Positions 1 to 13,964 are shown, counted from the first letter of the stretch. The stretch is 64,000 nt of DNA from Eutreptiella sp. 'Long Island Sound 2002' (GCA_964036045.1 OZ038378.1:3720001-3784000); one strand, 5' to 3'. Program-made: numbers and translations. Notes: generated by a model not told the origin, from the sequence alone.

Positions 1-635
1 CATCCCGCTCATACTCGATTGCCAAATAATCTGCACCCCTGGGAGAGGGACCAGCGACAACACCGCGACTTCCTGCACCAGTGGACCGTGTACTGTGGAC
101 TGGGCTTTATCCAATACATGGTGTACTACTACTAATACCATTACTATGTACCAAGAGGCAAAACACGCTACAAATGCCCTCTTGGCCAACAGAGCTGCCT
201 CGACACAAAACATGAACATCATGTATCTCAAAACCAAGGTATCAGGAAGCACACGTGGCACACAGTGGAACGAGTTGAAAAACGCACCGCAAAAACCAAC
301 GGTGCAAAATTTGACGGAACCACCGCCTAGTGTTGCTTGGACATGGACAGAGCCAGAGACTTTCTTCAGTACGTTGCGTGCTGCTGTTTGGCGGAACCTG
401 CTGACCCAGAAAAAAGGGAGGGTTCTGGTTGTCCCGGTTTCGGTCAGCCGCACTTCATCTATGTGTTCCGTTTTGTTGGCTATGACCCAATCTGCTCCGC
501 ACGCCCTGTGTCCGGTGGTGGGACGTGTCACGGCAACAGGAGCAGGTGTGGTGGCGCAGAGGTTGTGGGGTTGGGCATCTGTGGTGAAGCCTGTGGCCGC
601 AAAAATCCGCATGTAAGAACAAGGGAAGGTTGAAC

Positions 636-3289
636 CTGCAGATACGCAATGCGGTTGTTCAAGCCTTGTACTTGCTCTTCAGTCTGTATGGCTGAAGTCA
701 ACTCGGCAGTGAGCGTCTCAATGGTACGGGCCATTGAAGCAATTTCAGTATCCTTCTGTGCTTCCGCCGCTGCAGCTGCACTTCTCACCTTGTAACAATG
801 CAAGGAGTGGGCTCGCTGGATGTGCTGCACGCGGATGACGGCAAACATGGCGCTCGTGGGGGGTTGCCCAACATGCTGCACGCCTCAAAAACTACAGGGC
901 TTCGAGAAATAGAATCAGAGCAGTCAGCACTTTCAAACACAAACGCCGTTGGTGAAAGTTCGACGTATTTCCATGCTGTTGTTTCATCCGCTCAGAGACT
1001 TGCCCCTGCGACTAGCCTCGTAAGCATTCTCGCGTAGGATCCAAACCTCACCAACTCTAAGCCCAGCAAGCACAGGTGCAGATGTCAGGACGCAGCCATG
1101 GGTAATACCTGTTCCAGTTGCAATGTGGTCTGGCGAAAACGTTGCTCCAGGGCTTCGCGCTCGTGGTTCTGGGGCGGCCCAGGCTCAATCCCCCGCGGAC
1201 TGCCCTGCAACTGGCTCTTCAGGTTTGCAATTTGCGAATGCAGCTCCTGCAGCTGTGAGTCATGATACTTCAGCGTTTGTGCGCTCATATCCTTCGAAGC
1301 CTGCAACTCTGCCGTCACCCGGGAGAATTCTTCGCGCATTCTTCGCAACTCCGTGTCTTTCTCCGCCACCTCTTGGGTCAGCGACTCAACTGCAGCGCGA
1401 AGTCGTTGTTCTGTTTGTGCCGCTTGAGCATCTGCATCTTCCATCATAGGCTCGTCCACATTTGGGCTCGAACCACACTGCACCTCTGCATCCAGGCTAT
1501 AGGAAAGGGGGAACAAAGCCGGTCGCATATACAAGCCAGCCTACAAGAGCCCAAAAAACTAACGCATCGCACCTGGTTCGCTTTCGCTTTTTGCTTTGCC
1601 TGGTGACGTCCTCGCCTTCGATACCCTGCTTGAGCACTTGGTTGTCCATCTTTAAAGACTGGTTCTCAGCCTCCAGTTTGTCGATGGTCTCCTGGAGCCT
1701 GCAAATTTGTGCGGGACACTTCGATTGGCGTTCGCTTGAGGGATTATAGTGGTGTCAAAATTTCGGTGCTGAAAACCAACGTAGAAATCACTACTACATG
1801 CGCAATACGATGGGCGGTGGCATGCACAGGACCTTGCATCCATGAGTATGCCAGATGGACGGCCCAATACAGCATCCGAATCGCTCATGGTTGAAACCAC
1901 CGAAGCGCGTCCTGCCCACCCGCTCAGTCGCCAGCAGTCGTCGGCGGTCGGAGAAAGAGTTTGTTTGACGGGCGAGAACAGATAAGGTCTCATCGGATTG
2001 CAAGCCAAAGTGAAGCGGCGGTTGAATGGTTCACTTTTCGCCATAAGCTTCATGGGCTGGTTTGAAACGCTGATCATCTTGACATATGCATCCAGCTTTT
2101 TCGCCATTTGTGAACGTTCGTCCTCCAGTTCACGTACCTTTTCGTGAACGTCGTCACGTTCTTGCATACTCTGACGCATGCCCTCCATTTTTGTTTCATG
2201 CGCTGATAATAACTTCTTAAGGTCACTGATTTCTCTCTTACACTTCTTGAGCTGCGTTTTGTCATCCGTCACCTCGTTAATCTTTGCACTGTTGCGGATC
2301 TTTTTCGCACGTGACGCAAACAGAATAGTGGAGTTGGTTTGTTGATAGTTGCTGGCAGCCGGGCTGATGTTGCAGACGATGGCTGTTTTTGAGTTGCCAC
2401 CCAAGGCGTTCTGCAACATGCGGGTCAGAATGCTGTCCCTGAAATTGATGAAACCATTTCCCGAACCTGGCTTCATGGAGCTGAGCTTCTCGATGACAGT
2501 GCTAAGAGCAAGGAGGCTTTTATTGATGCAGGCACCCTCTCGGCGAGCGGTACCCTCGGCGCCAGTCAGAGCTGCACACTCGGAACCCGCAAGATCTACC
2601 AGGTTGAGCTCAGACTGCAAAGCTAAACTTTGAGCAGTATCTTCATCGGTTGTCCGCGCCTTGCTTTCGATGTAGACTCGGAAGATCGTGTGGGATCGAC
2701 TGCTGTCGTTGTTCATATTTGTAGCAGTGCGTGACGCCTGCCGTTCTCCCTCCAGAAGTACAGCAAGAATCTGCTCAGGTGTCGAAACTGCTTTCTTCTC
2801 CGCGTCAAGGATGATTCTTCCATGGTAGTCTTCTCTGAGTTTTGAAGCCCTCCTTCCCAGCAAGTCCCTGATATTTTCGTTGTAAATCTCAACCATAGCT
2901 GCCGAGATGTAGTATTCTCTTTCAGGGGTTGACTCAATAATAGAATAAATATCCCGTGCAGCAAGTCTCACGATCCCCGGATTTTCCTCCGTTCCATACA
3001 TAGTGTACGTTTTTCCACCAGACGTCTGACCGTAACAAAAGACAGTGCCGTTGTAGCCCGTCATTGCTGCCTGAATTATTCTCTGTACCACCTGGTCATA
3101 CACCTCTGGTGTTGTACAGCTGGGTTCGAAGCAGCGGTCGAAGGAATAAGTGGATCCAACCTGGTCTTGGCCACCTTGGTTGACAGCAACAATGGTATTT
3201 TCTTTGATTTGCCAGCAGTCATAGTCTCCAAGCGAATTCTCCCTCTCATTCAAGGGACGAACTCGAATGCAAACTGGAATGTTATCCAT
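636..3289 (-). CDS. CENPE: Kinesin-7 / CENP-E-like motor protein with coiled-coil tail; exons 3289-1833, 1698-1573, 1496-1109, 788-636 (3' end unresolved)
   Basis: Kinesin motifs IPVCIRVRP, GYNGTVFCYGQTSGGKT (P-loop), NxxSSRSH (switch I), LVDLAGSE (switch II) and FRDSILTRMLQNALGGNSKT, closest in wording to kinesin-7. ATG at 3289. GT-AG introns 1832-1699, 1572-1497 and 1108-789 give consistent phases (2,2,0) and join coiled-coil exons. The exon-4 acceptor and the last exon are uncertain; subfamily call is from motif recognition. Confidence 0.85.
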
Positions 3290-3385
3290 GTTCACGAGTT
3301 TTCACGCTTCGATGTCTGCCAGCGTGAAAGTCCAATCACAAAGTTCTGCAGATGCGGAGCAACAACTGGAGAATCACAGAAACAC

Positions 3386-3388
<3 letters not shown>

Positions 3389-3420
<32 letters not shown>
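3389..3420. repeat. (CAG)n microsatellite upstream of the kinesin start
   Basis: Pure CAG run read directly. Confidence 0.95.
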
Positions 3421-3421
<1 letters not shown>

Positions 3422-4579
3422 AAACAGATGGAATTGTAGTGCCAATTAACGCGAGATAACCACTCCGTCTCGTTGGTGCGACAGCGAAGTCGCTGTGGCT
3501 ATCGTGGCAACCAGCTAAGTCACTGCCAGCCAGCTCCAATCTGAGCTCTGACAGGCCCCATCTGAGGCACTTCTGGGAGATATTGCCTGTCACATGCATT
3601 TGGCCTTCAAAGTAGCTTATACTATAATCATGATGCAGGAAATGCGAATTCAAGGAAAATCACACAGTGAGTTGGCCCCTCGAGTGAGTATAATGTAGTT
3701 TCCAAATGGGAAGGGCGAAGATCAACCAAAATGGACGGAAGTAGTACCTTGTCCCTCCCTCAACTTGCAACGAGTTCCGTTTTGGGATACATTATTATTT
3801 TTGAGATTTAGATTCTTCTCCTCGGTGAGTTTGCTTTTTTGAAGATTAGAATCTGTGTTATTGCAGCGAATTTCACAATGGTCGCATTGATCTTTGGTGA
3901 TCTTGATTTCTTAATCGTGTAGAGAAATGTTGGTTTCTTGCATGTATGAGGAATTAGTGAGAAATAGCGAAGCAAAACTAGGTGGAACTATGGAAGAGGG
4001 CCACAAGTAATCATGGAGAGGTAACGCGTAAAACTAGACGTTTTTCAGCGGTTGTGGCTTTGTCAAGTTGACTTCATGAACCGGCTCCTTGCAACCTACC
4101 TTTTCTCTACCATTGTTGAGTGCTTGCCGAGGTTTGGTATTCGTGAAGTACATTCCTATCGGACCTGATGGTTGGTTGTTCCGTTGGTGTTCTGCACAGG
4201 GTTCTCCATGCTGATGTTCGTAAGGATTTTCGAACAAGTTTCTAGGAAACTATCACTTGAAAGAGTATGTCACCCTAAAGTATGTGCCAAAGCAAGCTTT
4301 GAATGAAGGCCCAACGCAAACACAAAGCATGTATTTCATTACCAATCTCTTACCACGTGTGGAATTGTATTGTATGCTGCTGAAAAAGTGAGGTGGGCGT
4401 GATTTGGAGGTGCACCATCATTAAGTGGCACGTATCAAGATAGTGGCTCATCCTTTTTTGTGTTGGGCGAGTGTGCACCCTAACAACCCCATTCCACCAC
4501 TTGGCAAGTTCCTCTCTGCAATCCCTGCTCCCAAGTCTAGTGTAATGTGTCTTTGCCACTGATGCCATTTTGGGGGTGG

Positions 4580-4700
4580 GGGGGTGGGGGAACACCCCAA
4601 TCCAACCGGATCCATTTTTATTGGTGTGCACACTTGTCCGATCTAGTTTGATGCATTTTGGATTGGCAAGTTGATGATGTGGACGTTGTGTGGATAGTAA
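4580..4700 (+). repeat. Dispersed repeat, second copy at ~7150-7275
   Basis: Shared GGATCCATTTTT...TCCGATC...TTTGGATT...CAAGTTGAT...GTGTGGATA at both loci. Confidence 0.65.
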
Positions 4701-5353
4701 CTATTGTTTTTGGAAGAAGGACTTTCATCTTTGTACCTTTGAGGTTTTGTGGCCAATTGTATGTGTGCTTTGGAGTAACATGTTAAATTCATGTTATTTT
4801 GCTTTTATGAGGAACTTCGTTGTGCATCAAGAACTTTTTTGCAAATTACTCTCGTAACTTGTGAAACCTGCTAATTGATTACCCCACCTACGGATTACTG
4901 GAAAAGAAATTAACAATTCGGACCGCTTCGCGAATTAGCGTAAAAATTGGGGCATTTTTATTGCTGAATTGTTTTGGAGCCGGGCCCTCCCATTGTGCCA
5001 CTGATCGAAAAATTTTCACTGCCGTTGGCGTAATTTTTTGCCCTCCCTACAACCGTAGGAAGCCATACATGGAACACCACACACATGACAAGAGCATGGA
5101 ACATTCGAATACCCGTGCTAGTTTGCTTTGCATTGTGTACCCACCATAACAACGCCACAATTTTGATAGTTGCACATTGAAAATACGTGAAAAAAATTCA
5201 CACATTGCAGAACACGCATTCATACTTGCAAGCAAAACTCCAAAAAATTTTGCCCCAAGAAGCAAAACCTAAGCCAGTAAGCCGCAGCACGCAGTGAGAA
5301 ATTTCGCATCCATCACAGGTGCGAGCCTAAATAGATTTCTAGTGCCTATTATT

Positions 5354-6174
5354 TAGGAATGTAACGTAAGTTACAAACGTAAGTTACGACGTAAGTTACG
5401 GCCGTAAATTACGTAAGTTACGGCGATCATAAATTACGGGCTGTAAGTTACGCCCCGACCGAAATTTTTCGCCACACCTTCTCCATAGGCCTCTTTTCAC
5501 ACACATGAAGACTAAAGGGGCTATTTGGGAGGAATACACCATTGTTGAGTTCAAAGATGATGGGAAAACACCCAAAACGGTTCAATGCAAGCACCCTGGT
5601 TGTGACTACCGCAAGGTTGCGAACCAAAACTGGATGCTTCAACATTGGAGGGACAAACACATCATCCATTTTTGTTTTGGGCAACCTTACATGTGGATAG
5701 CTGCATTGCTCCGCTCGGCAAGCTCCTGGCCTCCATCCCCGCTTCTCAAGCCTCGGTGGAGCGTGTGTTTAGCACCGCCGATTGGTTGGCAACAAATCGG
5801 GAGCGGTTGGGTTTCCGGAAGCTTGCCCGTGACATGTTCTTCCGCTACAACCACACGGCTCTTTCTAAGCGGTAGGTGAAACCCACAACCAATGAATTCA
5901 GATTGCGATTTGTCTCCTCTCTTGCACATTTGGGAAGGTGGAAGGTTGTGGCTCGCCCATGGGGGCCCCACAAAAGTTGCCAACAACTCCCCCTCCCCTC
6001 ACCCCCCCTACAAAAGCGGGAAAAGTACAATTTTTGGCAAAATTACATGCTTTTGGCGTAAAACCTTGGTCCCGACCATAAATTACGTATTTTTCGTAAG
6101 TTACGGCGTAAGTTACGGCGTAAGTTACGGCCCGTAATTTAAAAACCTTAAATTACCGTAATTTAACTTCCCTA
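5354..6174 (+). mobile_element. Non-autonomous hAT DNA transposon (internal-deletion derivative)
   Basis: Perfect 8-bp TSD CTATTATT (5346-5353 / 6175-6182); termini TAGGAA...TTCCCTA; subterminal CGTAAGTTACG(G) arrays at both ends; internal transposase remnants. Confidence 0.9.
5505..5875 (+). pseudogene. hAT transposase remnant: BED-finger-like N-terminus joined out of frame to the hATC dimerization domain
   Basis: W..Y....VQCKHPGC...HWRDKH (BED-like) in the 5505 ORF; LASIPASQASVERVFS...R.RL (hATC) in the 5645 ORF; catalytic core absent. Confidence 0.8.
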
Positions 6175-7623
6175 CTATTATTTGGACAATTATTTTCTAG
6201 CCCCGCAAAAATAGGGGTCCACAGATTTTACAAGCTACAAGGAGTAAGCACTCCGTCGTGCATCACGAATTTTTTTGTGCATGAAGGCCTTGCTTGCTTG
6301 CTTGAAAAATTTTACTTCTATTACCGAGGGACTTTATTGCATCAAGAACTTTGTAGCAAATCAAGCATTTTGTCATGCATCGAGAATGTGGATTACAAAC
6401 ATTGTTGTACTTTGTCGTAGCTTTCGAGAATGTGGTTTACAAACATTGTTGTGCTTTGTCGTACCTTCAGCTCTACTCATGAGTGATGTGCCCAATGCTG
6501 CAGACTGATGTTGAGTTACCGATGCATCATGTGTCATATGTTGTGCTTGCCATGTAAAGGATGCATAATGCGCTGCCTTGTCCGAAAATAGTTTTGTTAT
6601 ACTGCCATGATGTTGCTTGCCTGTGCGCTTGACGAGGAACAGGGTTGTCGGAACGTCAAGACCTGGGATTGAAGCTAGGCAGGTGCACCTTTTGCCATCT
6701 AATGTGGAAGACTTTGAATTTAGCATCATCAATGATCTGTATTTGCGCTGCTATGTGCCTATCTCTTGCCTATGCATGCCATTGTGGTTCACATTGGAAG
6801 GTTGAAGGAAGACTTGGCGCAGCGCACCACGGTTTCGAGTGGATTTTTTGGCTCCGGAGGGGTAGGAAGGGGGGGGTCTCACTTCCTTGTCCAATCCGTG
6901 CTCCGTCCATTTGGCAAGGGGGGTGGGTTGGGGTTTCCACCACCCCGATCCGGGCTGCCCCTAGTCCCCAATGACAATTTTTTGTTTTTAGGTGTTCAGC
7001 CTTTTTTTTGGTTTGTTTTTGAACACCAAGGATTTGTAAAGACCAGGGCGACGTTGAGTCCCATCCCACTTAGAGTACGGAAGAACCATAAGTGCACCAT
7101 AGACTAGGCAAAAGGGGGGGGGGTAACGTCCCCGATCGACGATCGGGTCCGTCCGTTGGGGGGGGGGGGGTTACACCACCCCATCCTCCCGATCCATTTT
7201 TGTTGACGCACACACCGGTCCGATCCACTTTCATTCACTTTGGATTTTGCCAAGTTGATTTGGATGTGGTGTGGATAATAGCTAGTATTTTTTCGGAAGA
7301 AGAACTTTAATCTTTGCACCTTGTAGGATTTGAGGCAATTTGTTTGCTTTGCTTTGCTGTACATGTAAGCACCACATCGATAACCCGAGCCCCAGGCGTT
7401 GATGTTTGTGTCTGCACAATGGGCTTCCCACGTTTTGCAGCCTCTCCTGCCTCTGATGCAATTTTTTGTCGATTGCCTTGGGTCGTTCAACTCCATAGTG
7501 ATATGTTGACTTCATGGTTTTTCGTTTGTATTCTTGCCCCTCCACAACTTCATTGCACATCAAGAAGTTTGTTGTGAATCAAGCACTTTGTTGTGTGTAG
7601 AACTTGCTTCATTTCTCAGCAAA

Positions 7624-10600
7624 ATGTCCGCGATGGGATGCCTTGGGAGATTATGCCACGAGGAGCTAGCAGCATGCTTTGACTACTTAGATGTGGATCA
7701 TTTGATGGCGTGCCAAGGGATTTGCCGCACATTTCAAGTGTTGGTCTCTGGCCCGTTACTTTGGTACAAGTTCTTGAGGGAGGTGCTTTTAGTACCCCAT
7801 CGAGATACTGCGGCAATAGGTACACATATGCATGCCCTAAGCGTTGCATCTATGCAATTCGTCTCCATACTATCTCATTCAATCTTGGAATGAAGGTCGT
7901 AGGGGTTACACAAATTTTTAAATGACACGTACTTGTTGCCACCCGCAAACATCCTTGAGCTCCCGCAAACCACTTAGGCCAAGAGGTTTGACCCGGGGAA
8001 GGGGGGGGTGGGGGGCATAAAATCCTCATCGTACAAAGTGGTGGGTCTTCCGTTGAGGTTATAGTGTGACACGCGTGGCTTCTTGAGCCTCAAGGATGTG
8101 TCTCATGTTTGTTTTCCCAAAACGCTCATACACATTTTTGGTTTTGGCGAAGGTGCAAAATATTCAATTCAAATAAATCAATCGTGGGCTCCATTGACAT
8201 CTGAAACTCCTCGACCCCTGGAGCCCGAATTTATGCCGCGGTCACTTGTGCCTAACATGGTCCAAAAGTGTGCCTGGTACAGATTCCCTGCAAGTCCTGG
8301 GTCCTTTGCTAGGAATGTAAGCGGAATGGTTGAAGCCTTCGGGCGTGAACAATACCCGGTACATAGGTGGAAACCTATCCTACTGGCGAAGGCATCGTGT
8401 CTTGGTTTAGAACTTGCCGCCCGCGTGGGAATTTCACTTGGTACACACCGGTCCCAACTCTCGCCCTCTCCTATTTGAACCATCAAGGCAGCCAGCCATA
8501 TGGCAAATAGACGGCCAATGCGTGTGCAAACATGGTCCCGTACTAACCTCACGACAGCCCGCTGACATAGCTCTGGTGGACGTCATGAGAACATCATATG
8601 CCGAGCATTTTGCACCCTCCTTGTTACAGATCGGCGTGTTCGCCTCGTGTCGCTTTCTTGTTGCCACCGCTTGCTTTGCTGTGCCTGATTTTTGCGACCG
8701 TGCACCCGTCGAAGTATCAAGGATTACGCGCGAGCACTGAGTGAGTTTATCTTATGTGTATTTGAAGTGTGACTACAATTGGAATTCACGTGGATAAGGG
8801 ATGGGCCAATAAGGGAAGTCAACAGGAACTACAATTGGACCGAGTGTGACAATTCTTCAATGGATATGTGCCCCGAATGGAAGGGGCTCACGCATGGACA
8901 CGGAGGACTCAAATAATGCCCCGCAACATAGCTACGAAGCCCGGACCCTCCTTTCCCCGCCGCGACTCACTATTGCCACCCTCGCCCCCAAGTGATACAT
9001 GGACAAGGCGTGGCGCATATCCTTGCCTCCGACTCAGCCTTTTCCAGCACTGCAATTTTGTTGCACCGTACAGACAACTGGGGCGACTTATACAAGGCAA
9101 CGATTTGGTATAAGAATCACGTTCCTCCTATCGAGCTCATCGGACGTGCATGTGATGCTAGTTCTACCGACCACTACTCCCAAACAATATTGGAGACTCT
9201 TCGGACTAGGTGGTTTGCGAGTGCGGATCGTTTCTTTGTAGACGTTGCACGAGGTGCACAAACGTTGTCTAACAATTCGTGCTTGTGTTGTCCTTTTGAC
9301 ACATACTTGACAACACTTGGTTTCAGCGTGGTGACGCTAGTTGTCGAAAGACGCAAGACGTCGGCACGTGTGCACCTCCTAGCAAGGCATTTTCGTGCTT
9401 GAATGAGCCTAAGAAGGATGCGAACGGTAATTGCGTTGTCCGCCCCTTTACGCAGCTCCGGGTTTTGGAGTAGCACTGGCAGCGACACAACCCAGGCCAA
9501 CGAACACCTGACCTACCAATTGTGTGAACCGTTGTGTTTGGTGCATAAAGTGTCCGTGAAGTTCTACCGGGCCAACTATCAATTGGGGCGACCTGTATAT
9601 CCCGCGCAACAAGTGCGACTTTCTTTTGGCTTCGACCTCTCGTCCTCAGGTAACACAGAGTCTCGTGTTCGTGTTCCTGGGGTTGCAAGTTCAAGCCGGG
9701 TGTATCCGCATGCGACGCTCCTCGTTAAACTTGCGACTGCCCGTGCCACGTCCTCCAATTAATGCTCCCCTTGACTGGCCGTACATGTCACAGGTGCTTT
9801 GACGACATGTGTCCACACAACCCCGGCGTATCATGCTCAGTTCAGTGATGGATGGCAGCATTTTGTGCTGCCTCAGTACATCCCTGCCCACTATGTTAAA
9901 GTGGAGTTCATCGGTAAGCGACAACGACAGCCGGGGGATGAATTGTATGTGTGCTGCTCTGTTCTTGACTGCCCTCTGCCCTTCGGTGCGGTCCGTGGGA
10001 AAGGAGATAGAGCAAGGCAACCGCTTATTGGGCTCCCCGTTGGGGCTGCGCAGTATGTGCGCCCACAGCATTCCTGTGTTTCCGGGCCCACAGGCCCACA
10101 AGTGACGTGGCTCATGGCCACCCGGGGTACAACGTCGAGAGTAGGGTGTGGCTGATGGGAATTGCATCGTCAGGTCCCATATCGGACCCAGTGATAGTGT
10201 CACGGCATGACGACACTGTCGCGTACGTCTCTTGCAGGTACTACACCGTCGTCCAACAGCTACACGTCATGGGCACGCCTCTGAGCAGCTGCCAAGCCTC
10301 CCCGAGGCTCCGTCCCCTCATCCCGGCCTGCGTGGAATCTGCATGCCAAGACCCCTCGTTTCTCACTTCACTCGGCCACCTCAGCCCTGAAGCCCCCACC
10401 CCTCCCCGCTATCCATGTGCTACTAGCCAGGCTAACCCAGCAGGCCACTATATGTTCATGCCCATGACCTGGTCTTCAGAGCCGGTCACCAGAACGCTGG
10501 CGCAGTTCCCACACGGGATTGAACGGCACAGGCCAAAGGCAGTCACGCGGCAGTTTCTGGAAACTCTCGGAGCGCATCTGGCGTCTTTGGATGCATCTCC

Positions 10601-10670
10601 TGACCCACAGTTCTGTCGTGGGGTGTCGGACATGTTTGATTCAGATGACGACTCGGATGACGGCTACTGA
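7624..10670 (+). CDS. F-box protein, At4g00755-like; exons 7624-7819, 9074-9209, 9456-9649, 9794-9944, 10238-10670 (369 aa)
   Basis: N-terminal F-box LGRLCHEELAACFDYLDVDHLMACQGICRTF...LW. Motifs DASSTDHY.QTI.ETL, FWSSTG, YPAQQVRLSFG, VKVEFIGKRQRQ and ELYYTVVQQLHVMGTPL parallel the plant At4g00755 family. All four introns are GT-AG with consistent phases; summed exon length 1110 nt is divisible by 3. Confidence 0.85.
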
Positions 10671-12955
10671 GTGAGTGGTGAATGTGATGATCTGCCACAA
10701 TTCCTGTGTGTGTATGTGTGTGTTATGTGTATTGGCATGTGTGTGTGTGGGTGTGGGTGTGGGTGTGTGGGTGGTTGTGTGTGTGTGTGGGTGGGTGTGC
10801 GTGGGTTTGGGTGTACAATTTGTGCTCGCGGAGTGTGAAAAGGCCTGCATGCAACCCCCAAACCCATGACGTTAGCGGTTGGGGCTTCGTCACGGTGACT
10901 TCATGGACGGGCTCCCCAACTCTCACTGTACCCCATTTTGGCATTTTTCCCGAGTTATGCCGACCCAATGACGAAGATTCTTTGCTTGAATCAGTGCTTG
11001 CTTCTGGAAGGGAACCCAACCTCTTTCGGTGCTGAAGGGGTCCTTCCTTTTTGCATTGTTGCATTGTATGTGTGAGTGTTGGTGTGAGCGCAGATTTTTC
11101 ATTGTGCTCTGCGTTCCTGGGCTATATACGTTTGTGATGCTGGAGGGATTGATTTTCTGTGATTTGAATCTGATTCATGCTTTTATGCAGCCGTCCTACC
11201 AATGCGGTGTCCACCCCAGAAGTCCGACAGCCTGGCATTGCACAGACCTGTCCTTGGGACCTGCACCAGGGCAATAGGGCGGGCAGGCCTAATGAGCCCT
11301 GGTCCGGACGCAGTCGTAAAAGGGGTGTCGTGATTATGTGAGACTGTCCAGAAATAAAACTGTTGGAACCCCTTCGCTGAGGTCTCGGGCAACCAAACGT
11401 TGTCTCGGTCCCTTAATTATCAACAAAGCATCCAGAACCCATCCCAAAAAAAACTTTGCTTCGCAAAGTTTCATTCTGCGGGGCAGCTCACGGTCACAAG
11501 CGGTCACAGGCGGTTGAGATGCCCGTGTTTTTGCCCTACTCCCCTCTTTTTCATTCATTTGCAATTGAACCCTATCGTCCCAAGGGCACAAAAGAGCATG
11601 AAATTTTTTCCCCAAACAAAAGCAGGCTCCGCGTAGGTGTAACATGGGTTGTGATCTATTTGCACATATAATTTTTCGTGTACATTTAAATGAGTTCAAT
11701 TTGACCGATGTTCAAGTTGTTATTGTTCTGAACTGAAACCCCCCCTTTTTTTACACGAAAATCACCGATGTGAGCACTCTCCTCCGCCATAGAGTCATGG
11801 CGCCAAGCACCCACAAGCTCATATTTTTGGATGACCGCAAATAAAACACACCTTGATGAATCTCTGAAGCCCGTTGAAGCAGTCATTTGCAGGAAGGTGT
11901 TGGGCCCAGGCTCCATGCATTCAATTATTCCTGTCCTAACAAGGAGCCGCCACCCTGTCCTACTCTATTGACAATGACAAGCTATTGCCGATGCATTTAT
12001 TCAGTGCACATCGTATTCAAGAGACAATCTTGATGCTCACTCCCAGCGATGAAAAAGTTGTACATATGGAACGCTCTTCGCAATGGTGCCAGGGAAGGAG
12101 GGACGAAGGAAGCAAGTCTTTGTATTGTGCCTTGTAAGAGGTGCATGAAATTTGTGTCAAGGATCGCCGGCGGTTGAGCACCCCCTGTTTGAAAATCTGC
12201 ACTCACATGCTTTCCAGGAGTGTTGTAGCCCTAACCTGTGGCTGCGGTGATAAAGTTGACCCTGTGTTTGTCACCAACTCCCTCTTATCTGTCCCGAAGC
12301 AGGATTTGCTACCATGGCGACTGGTGCATTCCACTCTGTAAATGTCCTGTAAATGTGGCTGCGACCATGCGCTATTACAACAACGTCAGCACAAACACAC
12401 AGCATGCTTCTTGTTTTTTTTTTTTGCTGACCACCCCCCTTGAAGAGGGTGCAACACTGCAAGATTTTCATAAGGTGCTTGGCTGGTTGGCCAACATTTC
12501 CTGGGAGCAAGCCAACACTGCACCAGACGTCACGCTCATCATTCATAGCTTGGGGCACTAGTCCAACACTAGGCCTACAGCCTGGGATAGTGGGCCAGGT
12601 TTTAGACAGCCAGGCGTAGGATTTTCTCAGATAGCCAGGACAGCTGCGATAGGGGACAGTGTTCCGTATCAGGGATTCGAGTCCGAGGCAAGCATATTGG
12701 TATTATTATCATTATTTTCATCAGTCCAGGAAAAATTTTGGCTACTGTAAGTTGTTGGTGGGGGTACAACATTCCCCGAAAGTCACAAGCATACCAACTG
12801 CATTTTTGACATGCTAAGATTCAACATAGTACCCCCCCCCCCCCTTTGTGCACTGTACATAGTAAAAAGCAGCTTTATTGTGATGCACACAACTGATTGG
12901 ACGAAAGGCTGAAAGTGCCTATGGCGGGGCATTTAGTCAATTGAAGCCGACCATT

Positions 12956-12956
<1 letters not shown>

Positions 12957-12994
<38 letters not shown>
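12957..12994. repeat. (CT)n microsatellite
   Basis: Read directly. Confidence 0.95.
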
Positions 12995-12996
<2 letters not shown>

Positions 12997-13964
12997 GCAA
13001 GCACTGCCTTGTCCAAGCATGGGAGCCCGTCTGACCGTCGTTTTCCTGACTTTCAGTGTGTTTGTGCAAGGAGGGGGGGGGGGGTAGAATCAAGCCATAG
13101 GTTGCCTTGTTCATACTGCTCCCCATCACATGCCCGCTTTTTTTTCCATGGCAGCTGTATCCACAGACATGCCTTCCACTAGGGGTACCCTCAACCACCA
13201 AAGCTCCAGCGGGTGCACCAGGGGACCTGTGCCAAATACTGTGCAAAAGAAAGCCACAACAAAACTCCCTCATATCCACCACGTAGAGCTTTTCTATAGG
13301 GATATTTGTAATTGCAAAAGCCTGGGTATTGTCCAAATGCCCATGATTCAGCCAATTCATTTCGTCTTGGTTCCAAATGGACACATGCAGGAGCCGGCAG
13401 TTGATATCACTACGACCACTGTGGCAGTTCAACCTCCGTAAGCCCGTGTCACAGCAGCTATATCAATAGCTAAGCATCCGTTGCTTCACAGCCCCCACAT
13501 CACCCCCCACCCCACGCCAGGCGCGTAGTGCCCTATGTGGGGCCGAAGCCCCCCATACGCAAGAGTATGCACATTTTCCATGGAATGCCACTCCGTTTAC
13601 CCATGCACCACACCTGTTTACCCGTGGGCCATAGGAATTGCCGTCTGTAGTCTGTAGACACCGTCTGCCCCAAATACATGTGGTCTGCTAATTGTAGGCA
13701 GTGTCGGCATGTCGCATGATGCAAAGTGCCAATGTTTGCCAAATAATGGGCCGCTAACAGTGTTTACCCGTGCGCATGGGCATGTTTTTCGAGCGAGCGA
13801 AGAGGGTGAGGAAGCCTGGGTGGGGCCACCGGACTGGCGTGCCACCGTTGAGTTTTTGGCTCAAAACTTGGATGTGGCAAGGCCACCTATATCTATATAT
13901 CTATTTATATATGGCTGTGGGGGGGGGGGGGGCTACGAACTATTGACACATTTTATGGAAATTG

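Noticed and set aside
8083-8478. 131-aa ORF as an F-box exon
   Set aside because: Exon 1 splices in phase directly to 9074, so this ORF is intronic and has no motifs.
12660-12700. B-box-like GGATTCGAGTCC as a tRNA or SINE
   Set aside because: No A-box or cloverleaf nearby.
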